Assembly: GCF_001194135.2 (NCBI RefSeq)
Contig: NC_068982.1
Span: 150,253,255-150,317,254 of the forward strand
From: Octopus bimaculoides
Lineage: Eukaryota
Direction of reading: 5' to 3'
Length of the DNA stretch: 64,000 nt
Position numbers and translations under genes: made by a program. The notes below the pieces were generated by a model. It was not told the DNA's origin, searched no databases, and was given only the letters and a program-made list of their open reading frames with translations. Below, piece by piece: positions 1 to 12,680 of this stretch (position 1 is its first letter; each line of letters opens with the position of its first letter).

Positions 1-4
1 ATAC

Positions 5-963
5 TTGGCAATAAAGTAATTTCGATTTTTGCAAATAGAGTTACGATTTTTTTTAATGACTTTTGTAAATGTTATGAATTTTCCTTTTGACATTTGATAG
101 CCGTTACTTTTAGCTTACTTTAGAAGCAAATTGCGCGTAATTTTGTTTAAAGGTGTTAGTTCAGTGTCATTTTTAACATGGAGTGAAAAAACGAACATTT
201 TAGCCATATTTCGCTTTTTTATTTCCGTTAAGGCAAGAAAGATGCTGAGGCTCACAAAGAAATATGTGAAGTGTATTGTGTTGATTGCTTAACAGAATGC
301 ACATGTCAGAAATGGTTTTAAAAATTCCATTCCCGAGATTTTTCACTCAAAGGTGACTAATGTTCTGATCCACCTACTGAAGTTGACGATGACCGAATCA
401 AAGCCATAATTGAATCTGATTGTTATATAACTGTACGAGAGATTGCAGATAGGTTAAATGTATCACAAACAACAATTGAAAGTCACTTAACGAGTCCAAG
501 ATTGGACTCGTTAAGAAGCTCGATATTTGGGTTCCACATAAATTCAAAGAGATTCACTTAACACAATGAATCAATATTTGCGACATGCATCTCAAATGCA
601 ATGAAATCGACCTTTTCTTTTTAAACGAATTATAACTGGTGATGAAAAATGGATTGTCTACAATAACATCAATCGAAAGTGATCACATCGGAAGCTGAAA
701 TGCATCAAAAATGGTCATGCTGTCAATTTGGTGGAATTACAAGTGTTGTGTATTTTGAGCTGCTTCCAAAGAACCAAACGATCAATTCAGATGTTTACTG
801 TCAATGACTAATGAAACTGGAGGAAGCAAATTGGCAAATCGTAAAAATGAATCATGTTCCACCATGGCAACGCTAGATCACACACGTCTTTGCTAAAGAT
901 TATTGGAGCTTGGTTGGGAAGTGATGTCACATCCACCGAAATTACTTTCTTGCCAACCCAATA
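5..963 (+). mobile_element. Decayed, internally deleted mariner (Tc1/mariner) transposon
   Basis: TIR pair ttggcaataaagtaatttcg (5-24) vs the reverse complement of 937-956 (19/20 match), ending ...cccaa-TA. From ATG 178 the decayed frame reads ME*KNEHF..FYFR*GK..CQKWF..DDDRIKAIIE..TVREIADRLNVS, then WVPH, ITGDEKW, HGNARSH and ELGWEVMSHPP, with stops and frameshifts. Confidence 0.92.
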
Positions 964-1397
964 TATATATATATANNNNNNNNNNNNNNNNNNNNNNNNN
1001 NNNNNNNNNNNNNNNNNNNNNNNNNNNNNNNNNNNNNNNNNNNNNNNNNNNNNNNNNNNNNNNNNNNNNNNNNNNNNNNNNNNNNNNNNNNNNNNNNNNN
1101 NNNNNNNNNNNNNNNNNNNNNNNNNNNNNNNNNNNNNNNNNNNNNNNNNNNNNNNNNNNNNNNNNNNNNNNNNNNNNNNNNNNNNNNNNNNNNNNNNNNN
1201 NNNNNNNNNNNNNNNNNNNNNNNNNNNNNNNNNNNNCGCTGACCTTGGTGAGAGAGACAAAAACCTGGCAATCTTATATCTTCTTTTCCAGTGAAATTCT
1301 TCACTGATATCGAAAAGGTGAAAACAAGCAATGTTAATTCTCTAAATGAAGTATTAACAGTAACTGCACGATAAAGTGTAGAATATTGCCACTTAAG

Positions 1398-2110
1398 TGT
1401 GGCTGACCCCTAGGGGTGGATGTTACTGTTGCTTTTAGCCCCAGGAGGACATCTCCTCCAGCTGGCTTATCGACACACGACTGTGTCCTGTTTGCCAAGG
1501 GAAGTTATCCCTCTCACCAACATCTGCAGCACGAACGGATCCGGATTTCAGGGTTATTTCCCTTCGTCGGCGTTCGATAGCCGCTGACCTTGGTGAGAGA
1601 GACAAAAACCTGGCAATCTTTTTGAGTTTTAAGTTCTTATGAGAATAATTCAAACCGATCGCTAACAAAGCGACAAGACTTTTTGAGTTAAGAGAGTCCC
1701 GATGTTTGTAAATATGTGGTTGAGTTGGTTCGTTGATTGAATGTTGATACACACATCCGAATTTGTGCATCTATTCATCTAAAGAATCTCAGATGAGGCT
1801 TCTTTGGAATATCTGGCAAATCTTCACTGTGCCGCTAATAGATTAGATTTAGAGATTGCACATCAGTTTCTTTTGCTCTTTCTTTGAAAGACCTAGTATT
1901 TCGAGGTTTTTATGTAAATTTGGTGATCGCTTATGGTGATACGTGTAAATGGTAATTTAGTCTCAGAGTACAAGAGCTGAAAGTTCCAACTTAATTCACC
2001 AAGTGTTCTCTTTTTCCCAGACTTTCGATGGTACATTCACATCCTCTGAGCAGTTGACCTCTACAACAGTGCCCAACTTTTTCCCCGTCCCACAAAACAA
2101 TATCAGGTCT
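1398..2110 (-). mobile_element. R4/Dong-like non-LTR retrotransposon 3' fragment (lineage B): REL endonuclease C-terminus plus ~400-bp 3' UTR
   Basis: The minus strand reads RPDIVLWD..LGTVVEVNCSEDVN..EKENT..GELS..LLY..NLEILGLSKKEQKKL..SISGTVKIC, collinear with the fragments at 37005 and 47535. Confidence 0.8.
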
Positions 2111-2352
2111 CAAGGAGAATGAGATAAAGGAAAGCTTTAGGCGAGTATAACTCAGGAGAACCAAATTAACTAAGGAGAGTAGACTTCTTGGAAAGAACAA
2201 AATCGGAGCGATGAATACATGGATTATCTCCTTAATGTGATATAGCGCAGGTGTTGTTAGATTGACAAAGAACGAACTTGAGGAAATGGATAGAGAAACC
2301 AGGAAAGTGATGACAAGGAACAGTAAACTGCACCCAAAAACTGATGTCGATA

Positions 2353-2393
<41 letters not shown>

Positions 2394-2543
2394 AACAAGA
2401 GACGCAGACGTCTNNNNNNNNNNNNNNNNNNNNNNNNNNNNNNNNNNNNNNNNNNNNNNNNNNNNNNNNNNNNNNNNNNNNNNNNNNNNNNNNNNNNNNN
2501 NNNNNNNNNNNNNNTAAACTGCACCCAAAAACTGATGTCGATA

Positions 2544-2584
<41 letters not shown>

Positions 2585-2790
2585 AACAAGAGACGCAGAC
2601 GTCTCAGAGGATGCAAGATCTGTGTTGTCAATGTGGAAAATGGTCTGGGATGGTACATCAAACAGCAAATTGAACATTTGTGTGTCGCTGTTAGAAATAA
2701 CAACACGATATCTAATGTGTGACACACCCAAAAGCATCTAGGAAACAAGATGGAGAACAAAGATTGAACAACTGGAAAATGAAAACGCTC
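2111..2790 (+). mobile_element. R4/Dong-like RT-thumb region fragment (lineage C), interrupted by (GT)n and an N gap
   Basis: Reads GKNKIGAMNTW..YSAGVV..ELEEMDRETRKVMTRNSKLHPKTDVDRL, then ENGLGWYIKQQIE...NWKMKTL, typical of the post-RT region of R4-clade ORFs. Confidence 0.82.
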
Positions 2791-2808
2791 AAAAGGTCCC
2801 TGAATAAG

Positions 2809-3770
2809 ACTTTTTTTACATTTTTTATGTTTGACTTTTGCTTTATATTTGTACAAGTTGGCTCTAAGTCTCACCCAGAGACCTCAAGAGACAAGTTAGA
2901 AGTTCATATTGGTATTATGCCTAGGGTGTCACATGTTTGGTTTTGCACATAGTATTGTTCTAGAGAATGTTTAAGGAAACATAAGAAAATTATAAGTTTG
3001 TTTTAAAATTTGAGATTACATAGACAGTATTTTTCGTAGGATATGGGCAGTTCCCATCTATCTTTTTAATTTCTGCTATTTGGGGGTTTCCTGGTATTTG
3101 GGCTAGGTAAGGAATCAGCCTCTTTTGCTATCATTCCTAGGGCACCTATGACAACAGGTATTTTTTTAGTCTTGAGGTTCCACATTTTGCCAATTTCAAG
3201 ATCTTTATACTTGCTTTATACTTACTCAATTTTTGGTAGGTTTTGACAGATACATTTATGTCGATTGGGACAGTCATATCAATGAGGAGGCAGGATTTTT
3301 GTCTGGGATCTTTCAATATGCCTGGCCTATTCGCATCTATCTTTCTGTCAGTTTGAATTGTGAAGTTCCAGAAGAGTGAGATGTGATCATTTTCAAGCAC
3401 TGGAGATGGTTTGTGTTCCCACCAGTTTTATAATGGGGCAGGTCCAGGTCTTTGCAAATTACCCAGTGAATATACTGTGCTGCTCTATCATGCCTGTTGA
3501 GATACTCTGTAGGTGCAAGACTGCACATGGAGACAAGATCAATGGTTTCATTTTGTTGTTTACATATACGACATGTTGGGCTACTGCTGTTCTTTTATAT
3601 GTTGGCCTGGTAGTTCCTTGTAGGTAGGCATTGATCTTGGGCTGCTATGGTAAACCCTTCTGTTTCAGATTTTAAGCCAGAAGACACTAACCATTGATGG
3701 GTAAGGGCTTTGTCAACATCGGCACTATTAGCTCTCTTTGGGTATTTGCCATTGGGAGGTTTCTCTTGCT
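2809..3770 (-). mobile_element. 5'-truncated R4/Dong-like element (lineage A): zinc knuckle, REL endonuclease, 3' UTR
   Basis: Reads [80 protein letters not shown]. The 3' UTR matches 42950-43090. The 5' junction lies in an AAC/AAT repeat. Confidence 0.9.
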
Positions 3771-3773
3771 ATT

Positions 3774-3838
<65 letters not shown>

Positions 3839-3849
3839 CGTCGTCGTCA
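3771..3849. repeat. (TTG)n microsatellite with short TTA/TCG ends
   Basis: Directly visible. Confidence 0.97.
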
Positions 3850-4318
3850 TTATTTGTATCACAGACACGCACGTCGTTGGTGACAGAAAGAAAATTATGC
3901 TGTTGTATAAATAATGAGATAACTAGCTTTCAGCTTAATAAAAGGTTTAATAAAAGTTTTTAATGCACAATTTTATTATGTTAAATGCAGCTGTATGCCT
4001 TGGGTATTGTAAATTAGACGACACTCAATTTTGAAAATTTCAGTTTTCTTTTTTTTTAATATCAGTAGTCAAGTTTGTGTTGGCATATTTAATGCAGGAA
4101 GTATTAAAAAGCTATCAAAAAAATTACTATGCTGAGAGGGAAAAAAAACAATACTAGTCGATGATTAATATCATTTCAATTATTTCGGTACATACAGGAA
4201 ACAACTTTGGTTATGTCTCGGTTTTATTATGGCTTCATCAGTGAAACGGAGACTTCTCTATATTTATCGAGTTAGTGATAGAAGAATCGTCTAAGTATAA
4301 ATATAGTGGTTCTTATAG

Positions 4319-4410
4319 ATCACTATACATATGGAGGCTTCCTCGTTAGTTTATGAGCCAAAGCTACAAATCAAAAGTGTCGCTCTTGAAAGAGTAGAAG
4401 TAAACTTCAG
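4319..4410 (+). CDS. Candidate internal coding exon, unknown protein (ITIHMEASSLVYEPKLQIKSVALERVEVNF)
   Basis: Acceptor ggttcttatag and donor CAG|gtgagc bracket a 92-nt open frame in non-repeat sequence. No homology recognised. Confidence 0.35.
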
Positions 4411-5421
4411 GTGAGCCTTGCCGAGATGACAAAACGATCGTACACCTTACGATTTACTTATGTTGCTGGTCTACTTACTATTACATAATCCGCTTTCATC
4501 TCTTATAAAAAGACATTTAAGAACGGTGATTCAGTTATTTAATAAAATAAAATTCATATACGTATACTTCAATACAAATTTCATATCACTATATCACTAT
4601 GACAGCTTTATCTATATTTTTAAATTCCATTATTTTTGTATCTTGCTGACAATCTCAATCGAAGTAAATTCAAAAAGGATAGTATTAGAAAGACGGCACA
4701 TTATCAAATATAGATGATTCAAATTTACATCAGTCGCATACATGTCGGAAACATTAAATATTTCCTTCTAGTAGGGATATCTAACATACATTCATAGAAC
4801 ACATGTATACCAATATAATCACACATAAATAAAGATATTCCTTGTAAAAATGTGTTAACTACATGCTAAACCTAGTTATACGTCGTAGAACAATACTTTC
4901 GCAAGAGAACAGACAGACAGTAAACAAAAAAAACTGTATGCTAACATACTGTAATTAATAGGCTAAGAATTATTAATTCATCAAGAATTACACCTTGAGA
5001 GTTGAGAATAATCTAATTCTGCAAAAGAAAAATGAAGAAAAGAGAAACATTACTGATATTTAAACTGATTAAAATTGATAAAATATGAAATTCAGTGAAT
5101 GAAACAATATTAAATAATTGTAGCTTATATATGCAAAATTACAATATTCCTATCAAAGAAGAGTTTCCATTTCATAATTTATAATCTTAACTCACACACA
5201 CAAACTCATTATATATGTATAGATCTTAGAATAAAATGTATTTATGTATGTGTGCATATATATATGCATGTGTGTGTGTATGTGCGTGCGTGCGTGAGCC
5301 AATTCGTGACCGAGTAAGTCCACTTCCTAATCTCAGTAAATCCGTGCAATCTTTCCAAAAGTCCTACAAGTTCTTGTGTGTGAATTTGTTTTGAGTAGAT
5401 AAAGTGTTGAACATCACTCAC

Positions 5422-5484
5422 TGAATCCACTTTTCAGTGCAATCAAGTATAAAACTAGTGACAGTTGTGTCTCCGGTTTTATAA
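5422..5484 (-). CDS. Candidate internal exon (63 nt, two frames open: YKTGDTTVTSFILDCTEKWI or IKPETQLSLVLYLIALKSGF)
   Basis: Acceptor tatagcttgcag and donor TCA|gtgagt on the minus strand; length divisible by 3. Confidence 0.35.
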
Positions 5485-5502
5485 CTGCAAGCTATAGTCA
5501 GC

Positions 5503-5558
<56 letters not shown>

Positions 5559-7140
5559 GAAGTGAATGTATATTGCTGATTAACATGAAAATGCACTTGA
5601 AACTAAACACTTGACTACATATTAAAATCAATACATACATATATTCAATTGTTATTTTAATAAGTATAGCCAGTATTTTTCGAGAGTCTTTTCCGCTGAA
5701 CCATCTTTACAGTTCAACGTATTAGCGTTCTTGACCTCAATTTATTTTGATATTTACTGAGCCTCCTGCTGCTTTGTTCATCAGCCTTAAGAAGGTCTTG
5801 GCGATTTTAATAGTCCCAAATATCGTGATCATTTGTAGTGTATGAATTAAAGTTTTGCGTTCTCTCTCCAAGAACCCAAGTTCAGCTATGCTTCATTCCA
5901 GACTGGTTGGGACGTATCCTGTATGTATGTATGAATGTATGTATGTATGTATGTATATTCGTATGTATGTATGCGTGTATATATACTGTTATTATTGAAT
6001 TCTTCAGACCTTATTGAGAAAATTTGGTTGCTAATATATATGCTAAGATGAATCAAAAGAAAGTAAAAAGTTGTAATGAAGAACAATGAAAGAGTAGGAA
6101 TTTGTAGAAGCGCTGGAGAAAAATTTGAAAATATGACAATTAAATTTTACATTTAGATAAACTCCTTGGATATAAGTCAGTTATGCATCTAATTTTTGGA
6201 AAGAAAAAGAAGAAATTTTTTTTGAAATTAGGACCGTTATATCCTGTGTTTCGATAAAACCAAGTAATAGATAGGTTTGCTAACAACTCGAATGTTAAGA
6301 GTGACACAATTTTAAGTTAAACGGGAAAGGAAGTTTAAAATGATGGAATATTTCCATATTAAGATATGTATATTTCCAAAGGTTCGTGATTTGGCTGATA
6401 AAACAAAATTATGATAATAAGAATAAGTAGATTTATGTGCTATAGAATTCAGGTAAAGCTAACTTGTGGAAATTGTAAAGAGCTAGGGAGATATGTTAAA
6501 TTAGTGAAACTCTAGGACCAATAGAAATATTATTAACTTAATGAAGTCTACTCTATATGAATTGGATTGAAAACATTAGGAGAAAAATAGAACAAAATAA
6601 TGTCAATCATTGAGCCAAAGTTAAAAGTGGCCAGTAGGTATGTAAATAATGCAAATGGAATGAGGATAGCTAACCATGCTATGTATTGTTAGAGAAAGAA
6701 TGGGATTAAATATGATAAATATGTGAATATGCTCGTTAAATAAAATTAAATGTATTCTAAATAAAGTTAATGCATACACAGAAATAGAAATTGTTAGGGA
6801 AATAGGAAAACAAATTTAAGAAATAGTCATTATTATTAGAAGACCTACAGACCATTTTTAGCTCTGGTTCAACGATTAACATTATCTTTCTGATTTTTCT
6901 TTTTATATGTATTCAGTGCTATTCATCCACAGTGCACTGCACTGATTTGATAACATTTCTACTCCTAAAGTTTCATTAAATTAGCATAATTCTGTATTAT
7001 TTAATAAGAGGTGAAGACAACAGATATATCCTTTATATGAATAAAGAAAAATATGTGAAAGAATACATCTCAGAAAACATATAACAATATATAAACATAC
7101 GTTATCATACATAACCATATTTTGACATAGATTCAAGTGA

Positions 7141-7310
7141 GTATTAGAACGCATGGGAATCGAACCCACACCTCTTATATTCGTAATATGTGTGCTAACC
7201 GATTACACCAACCTACCCGACCTTAAAAATGGGTATTAGTATGCATGATAATCGAACTCATTCCTCTTATAGTCGCGATAAGTGTGCTAACCGATTACAC
7301 ACCTAGGCAT
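7141..7310 (-). repeat. Two tandem degenerate tRNA-like units (92-bp period)
   Basis: Unit 1 on the minus strand has an A box (TGGTGTAATCGG) and a B box (GGTTCGATTCC). Both units have an anticodon-like stem (cttat/ataag in unit 2). Acceptor stems do not close. Confidence 0.55.
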
Positions 7311-7371
7311 CCAAATGTACACAAAGGGACAAAAATTTTGCGCAAAAGTATGTATTTAAAACACCCATTTA

Positions 7372-7402
<31 letters not shown>

Positions 7403-8001
7403 NNNNNNNNNNNNNNNNNNNNNNNNNNNNNNNNNNNNNNNNNNNNNNNNNNNNNNNNNNNNNNNNNNNNNNNNNNNNNNNNNNNNNNNNNNNNNNNNNN
7501 NNNNNNNNNNNNNNNNNNNNNNNNNNNNNNNNNNNNNNNNNNNNNNNNNNNNNNNNNNNNNNNNNNNNNNNNNNNNNNNNNNNNNNNNNNNNNNNNNNNN
7601 NNNNNNNNNNNNNNNNNNNNNNNNNNNNNNNNNNNNNNNNNNNNNNNNNNNNNNNNNNNNNNNNNNNNNNNNNNNNNNNNNNNNNNNNNNNNNNNNNNNN
7701 NNNNNNNNNNNNNNNNNNNNNNNNNNNNNNNNNNNNNNNNNNNNNNNNNNNNNNNNNNNNNNNNNNNNNNNNNNNNNNNNNNNNNNNNNNNNNNNNNNNN
7801 NNNNNNNNNNNNNNNNNNNNNNNNNNNNNNNNNNNNNNNNNNNNNNNNNNNNNNNAAAAGAATGTTGTTGATAGCGACTTCGAAGTTTCGGCCAGCTAAT
7901 CCAGCGTTAGTTTTGTGTTTATATAGTCTCTGTTGAGTTAAAATGTTACGCGTATAGACGTATATACAGGTATATGCATTTGTGTAGGGATATATATGTG
8001 G

Positions 8002-8034
<33 letters not shown>

Positions 8035-8134
8035 TGGTTGTGTATGTGTGTGTGTGTATATATATATATATATGCACATATGTATGTAGATATACAATTT
8101 TTGTATATAGTAGTAGTAGTAGTAGTAGTAGTAG

Positions 8135-8465
8135 AGGGGCATGAGCTGTTCGAGCACGTGGCTGCATCCACCATATTTGTTGGTGATTTTCTACTCCTGC
8201 CGGACGACAACTCTGCACCATGGAGTCCATTTGGGTAGTCGTTGCTAGTGAGGGTTTTACGGTGTGGGAGTGTAAATCCTACTTCAGTCTCTTTTAGTCG
8301 CCTTTTGCGACACACGGAAGAAACATTGACTTTATACTTTAGCACGCCGGTCCCCACACAACATTAGAGCAACACGAAATGAAGTGTCTTGGTCGAGAAC
8401 ACAACACGCCGAGAATAGAACTCACGATAACCAGATTGTGAGAGAAACACTCTAACTACTAGGCC
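8135..8465 (-). mobile_element. Diverged tRNA-headed SINE
   Basis: The minus strand has a tRNA-like head followed by gtgttgtgttctcgaccaagacacttcatttcgtgttgctc, the same central block as the copies at 12738 and 34791. Confidence 0.65.
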
Positions 8466-8478
8466 AGGTACCTTTATG

Positions 8479-8530
<52 letters not shown>

Positions 8531-9307
8531 NNNNNNNNNNNNNNNNNNNNNNNNNNNNNNNNNNNNNNNNNNNNNNNNNNNNNNNNNNNNNNNNNNNNNN
8601 NNNNNNNNNNNNNNNNNNNNNNNNNNNNNNNNNNNNNNNNNNNNNNNNNNNNNNNNNNNNNNNNNNNNNNNNNNNNNNNNNNNNNNNNNNNNNNNNNNNN
8701 NNNNNNNNNNNNNNNNNNNNNNNNNNNNNNNNNNNNNNNNNNNNNNNNNNNNNNNNNNNNNNNNNNNNNNNNNNNNNNNNNNNNNNNNNNNNNNNNNNNN
8801 NNNNNNNNNNNNNNNNNNNNNNNNNNNNNNNNNNNNNNNNNNNNNNNNNNNNNNNNNNNNNNNNNNNNNNNNNNNNNNNNNNNNNNNNNNNNNNNNNNNN
8901 NNNNNNNNNNNNNNNNNNNNNNNNNNNNNNNNNNNNNNNNNNNNNNNNNNNNNNNNNNNNNNNNNNNNNNNNNNNNNNNNNNNNNNNNNNNNNNNNNNNN
9001 NNNNNNNNNNNNNNNNNNNNNNNNNNNNNNNNNNNNNNNNNNNNNNNNNNNNNNNNNNNNNNNNNNNNNNNNNNNNNNNNNNNNNNNNNNNNNNNNNNNN
9101 NNNNNNNNNNNNNNNNNNNNNNNNNNNNNNNNNNNNNNNNNNNNNNNNNNNNNNNNNNNNNNNNNNNNNNNNNNNNNNNNNNNNNNNNNNNNNNNNNNNN
9201 NNNNNNNNNNNNNNNNNNNNNNNNNNNNNNNNNNNNNNNNNNNNNNNNNNNNNNNNNNNNNNNNNNNNNNNNNNNNNNNNNNNNNNNNNNNNNNNNNNNN
9301 NNNNNNC

Positions 9308-9475
9308 ATATATACGACGGGCTTCTTTTAGTTTCCGTCTTCCAAATCCACTCACAAGGCTTTGGTCGGCCTGAGGCTATCGTAGAAGACACTTGCCCAA
9401 GGTGCCACGTATTGGGACTGAACCCGGAACCATGTGGTTGGTAGCAAGCTACTTACCACACAGCCATTCCTACAC
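9308..9475 (-). mobile_element. SINE family a, 5' half (the rest is in the gap)
   Basis: Near-identical to the heads at 20751-20907, 28175 and 50858 (ggctgtgtggtaag..catggttccgggttcagtccc..ccttgggcaagtgtcttctac). Confidence 0.9.
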
Positions 9476-9511
9476 CTATTATGTATGTATATAAGTATGT
9501 CTGTATGTATG

Positions 9512-9551
9512 CAGGTAGGTAGGTAGGTAGGTAGGTAGGTAGGTAGGTAGG

Positions 9552-9644
<93 letters not shown>
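9512..9644. repeat. (GGTA)n(GATA)n compound microsatellite
   Basis: Directly visible. Confidence 0.97.
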
Positions 9645-9645
<1 letters not shown>

Positions 9646-10213
9646 TGTGTTTATATATGTAAAGAGATATTTTCCCACAGAAATGTGTGCTGAAATTTAA
9701 ATATAAACAGGTAGAGAAATTTCATTCACTTTCCGAAGTATTATTAGGAAATTTTTCTTTCTTTGCTGCTTATGTGAATCTATTTCCGATACTATGAGTC
9801 ATGATACATTAGCTGTCAGGAATGGATGTTGCCAAACATAGCCTTTCTCACAGAATTGGCACGGTTGCCAAATTCTGTTACAGACAATAAACTAAAGAAT
9901 TATATTTTAAATGTATATAAATATATTATGTCAAAAGAAATATAAAAGATTTGACGAAATAAATTTTGCGGTAAATATATTAAATCGAGATTTAGTTGAA
10001 TATTGCAATAAATATATTATGCATGCATATATTATATATATTCATATTGATATATATTTGCATGAATATATATATATCCAAAGTATGTAAATATTCATAC
10101 ATGTATAAGCATAAATATTTGCACAACTTAATATAAACATGTGTATGTCTGTGGGTGACTATGTATGTGTATACATGTAATGAATATATATATATATACA
10201 TGCTATGTATAAG

Positions 10214-10267
<54 letters not shown>

Positions 10268-11074
10268 GCTATGTATAATGTATGTATGTGTGTGTAGCTG
10301 TGTGCATGAATATGTCACATATACATTACGTATAACGTACAGAGATTACATGCATATATGCAGATAAATAGATAGACAGACAGGTAGATAGATAGATAGA
10401 CCGGTAGGTGGATTCAATTCTGCCTACATCAAAGTACTTTTAAAAACTATTGATCAAAAAATGTCTCGTGATCTTGCATCGTCTGAGCTTCAGATAATGG
10501 AGTAGTTGTTTTTCTCTTATCATTGCTGTTCCATTCCATTTATCTGCATTCGGAAGACTTTTCGACAAGTTTTAACTCTGCTGACAAACACTAAAATGGT
10601 ACCAAAACTTTATGATAGATTAAATATAACTTCATTTTTATTTCAAAATTTTGGCCTTTTTCCAGGTGAACAAGACATCAAATCGTTATTTTCTTTAATT
10701 ATCTAATTGCTATAATTAAATTATAATTCTCCATATCTCAAAGCTAATTATTGTATCTAATGAGTATTTAGTAGTTTTATGATTAAAAGGAATATCTTCG
10801 GGTCATATATGATGTCTTTTTTTTATTCCATTGCTTTCTAATTGACTGATTATAGTAGAGTACTTGGTGAAATAATTGTTCGTTTAGGTCAGACATGTTT
10901 TTATTATTTCCATTACACACATGTGATGTTACAAATGCTTGAAGCAATTGAACCAGCATCAGTTTATAGTAACTAGAAATATGCCATAGAAATATACACA
11001 CACACATATACACATGCATGTATATACATATACATGTATGTGTATGCGTATCTGTTCATATATGCATGTATATA

Positions 11075-11950
11075 CGATGGTTCCACCGAAAGTAATACAA
11101 AAGTAGGCATAACATTTTTATGCACTGACATAGGTCGTTCAAACTGCACAAGTTGGTAGAGTAACTCTTGTTACTCTTCTTCACAAACAAAAAAATGAGG
11201 TATAAGAAGACACAACATGCTGTCATTAAGTTCTCGACGAAGGAGGGGTGCAGGCTATCTGGTATCCAAAGAAAGCTACAGGGTGTTTACAGAGGTGAGG
11301 CCATTGATGAGAATAATGTGCACAGAAGACTGAAAAATTATAAAGAGGGAATCGACAGTGGGAGATCACGAACTGCGATTACTAACACGTGTCGCCAGAG
11401 AGTGGACGAATTGATTCTCACAGACAGGTGAATCATAATTCGTAACTTTTCAGCACAATTGGACTGTGGTCACAATGAATTGCAAAATATGATGGAAGAT
11501 TCCGGGTATAGGAAAGAGTATGCAAGTAGTTGGTACTTGACACCCAATTTGAAGGAGAGAAGTGTAGAAATCTGGTCCTATTTGCTTTAAGTGTTTGAAG
11601 CCAATGATAACACTATAGTTTTTGATCTAGTAACAGAGGATGGAACGTGAACGTGTCTTTTTCATCTGGAAACTAAGGCTCAGTCCATGGAATCGTTTCA
11701 CACCTCTTCTTCAAGGCCTAAGGATTTCAAGCACAGAAAGTTATAGTGGTTTCTTGGGATGACATCGTGCTCTTTGATTTTCTGGTGCGTAGCTGTACCG
11801 TGAACAGCGAGTTTTAAAAAAGCCGTCGGGAGGAAGAAACCGAACAAGAATCAGAAAATGATTTACATTCACCATGACAATGCACGACTACACACGCCTT
11901 TGGCAACAGATCAGACAATCACTAAATTAAGCAAATCAGTGGTTCTTCGT
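11075..11950 (+). mobile_element. Decayed mariner transposon, 3' end missing
   Basis: Starts TA-cgatgg..gaaagta (TIR-like; compare 35096). Reads QHAVIKFSTKEG..IQRKLQGVYRGEAID..DSGRSRT..RVDELILTDR, LVTEDGT (TGDET-like) and IHHDNARLHT. It stops just before the expected HPPYSPDL. Confidence 0.8.
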
Positions 11951-11952
11951 CT

Positions 11953-12680
11953 TGTTGGGAACATGTAGGCCTCCATTGTTCAGTTCAGATCACGTGCATG
12001 CTTCAGCTAACCAGCAACAATACTTCTTTTATTACATACTCTCCGTGGAATACAAACAGGACGTTCACGTCGGCTATCTATTTGATGGTCTTAGGTTACA
12101 TATCAATTTGTGTTCTAAGGGTCTAGCAAGAAGTGTCTTTACAAATAAGTTGATGTAAATGGATGATCCCATCCTCACCCCTAGACCTGGTGAGTTAAGG
12201 AGAGAAACGTAATCTAGCTTAATCCCCGTTCAACCTACATCTGTTTAGTATCAGGAAGCTAGAAACAACATTTCCCCATAAAACCCACAGATATCGTAAA
12301 GTCCTGGATTCTCATAAGGTCAGAGTTTGCTATTGATGCTTAGATAAGGTCGCTTCCTACATTGCACGCTATAAAAGAAGCAATCTCACACTCACAGTTT
12401 TTGTCCCACGTTCCAAACTAATAATATAAATCTTAAAATTGTCCACAGGGCGCCGAGTTCTGCCTCTCACAGGCTGTGATCTATAAAACTATTCTCACAC
12501 TATCCGATGGCGTCAAGATGCATTACTCGGACGTACGGAAAGAGTTGCGCAACACATGCACTCGTTCATGTGTCGGTACAGGGAAACTTCATCTCCTTGT
12601 CCCACTTCATCAAGAGACACCGGAACCAAGAAAACAACATCCCTAACATCATATAAAATATCTTTGACCGGACTCCAACT
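11953..12680 (+). mobile_element. Possible 5' LTR (11953-12447) plus PBS-like motif and leader of an LTR retrotransposon
   Basis: TGTTGGG start exactly where the mariner is cut, TATAAAA at 12370, AATA-rich signal near 12420, ...CCACA end, then gggcgccgag (TGGCGCC-like PBS). No second LTR or pol seen. Confidence 0.3.

Noticed and set aside
1237-1620. 39-bp direct repeat (1237-1275 equals 1582-1620)
   Set aside because: The first copy abuts an N gap and duplicates part of the nearby Dong 3' UTR; most likely a scaffolding artefact.
2324-2604. Direct duplication of ~90 bp on either side of a gap
   Set aside because: Identical sequence flanking a 101-N gap over a (GT)n tract is a typical unresolved contig overlap.
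1398-2790. Apparent twin-priming 5' inversion (REL end on -, RT-thumb on +)
   Set aside because: About 400 bp between the two parts is missing and the pieces appear to belong to different lineages (B vs C), so independent insertions or a deletion explain it as well.
4200-4260. CTGATGA on the minus strand (hammerhead-like)
   Set aside because: No GAAA partner or helix II can be formed.
10783-10975. Minus-strand frame ..SDLNEQLFHQVLYYNQSIRK resembling a Cys-loop receptor N-terminus
   Set aside because: The conserved RP is absent, the frame ends soon after, and no downstream Cys-loop exons were found; likely chance.
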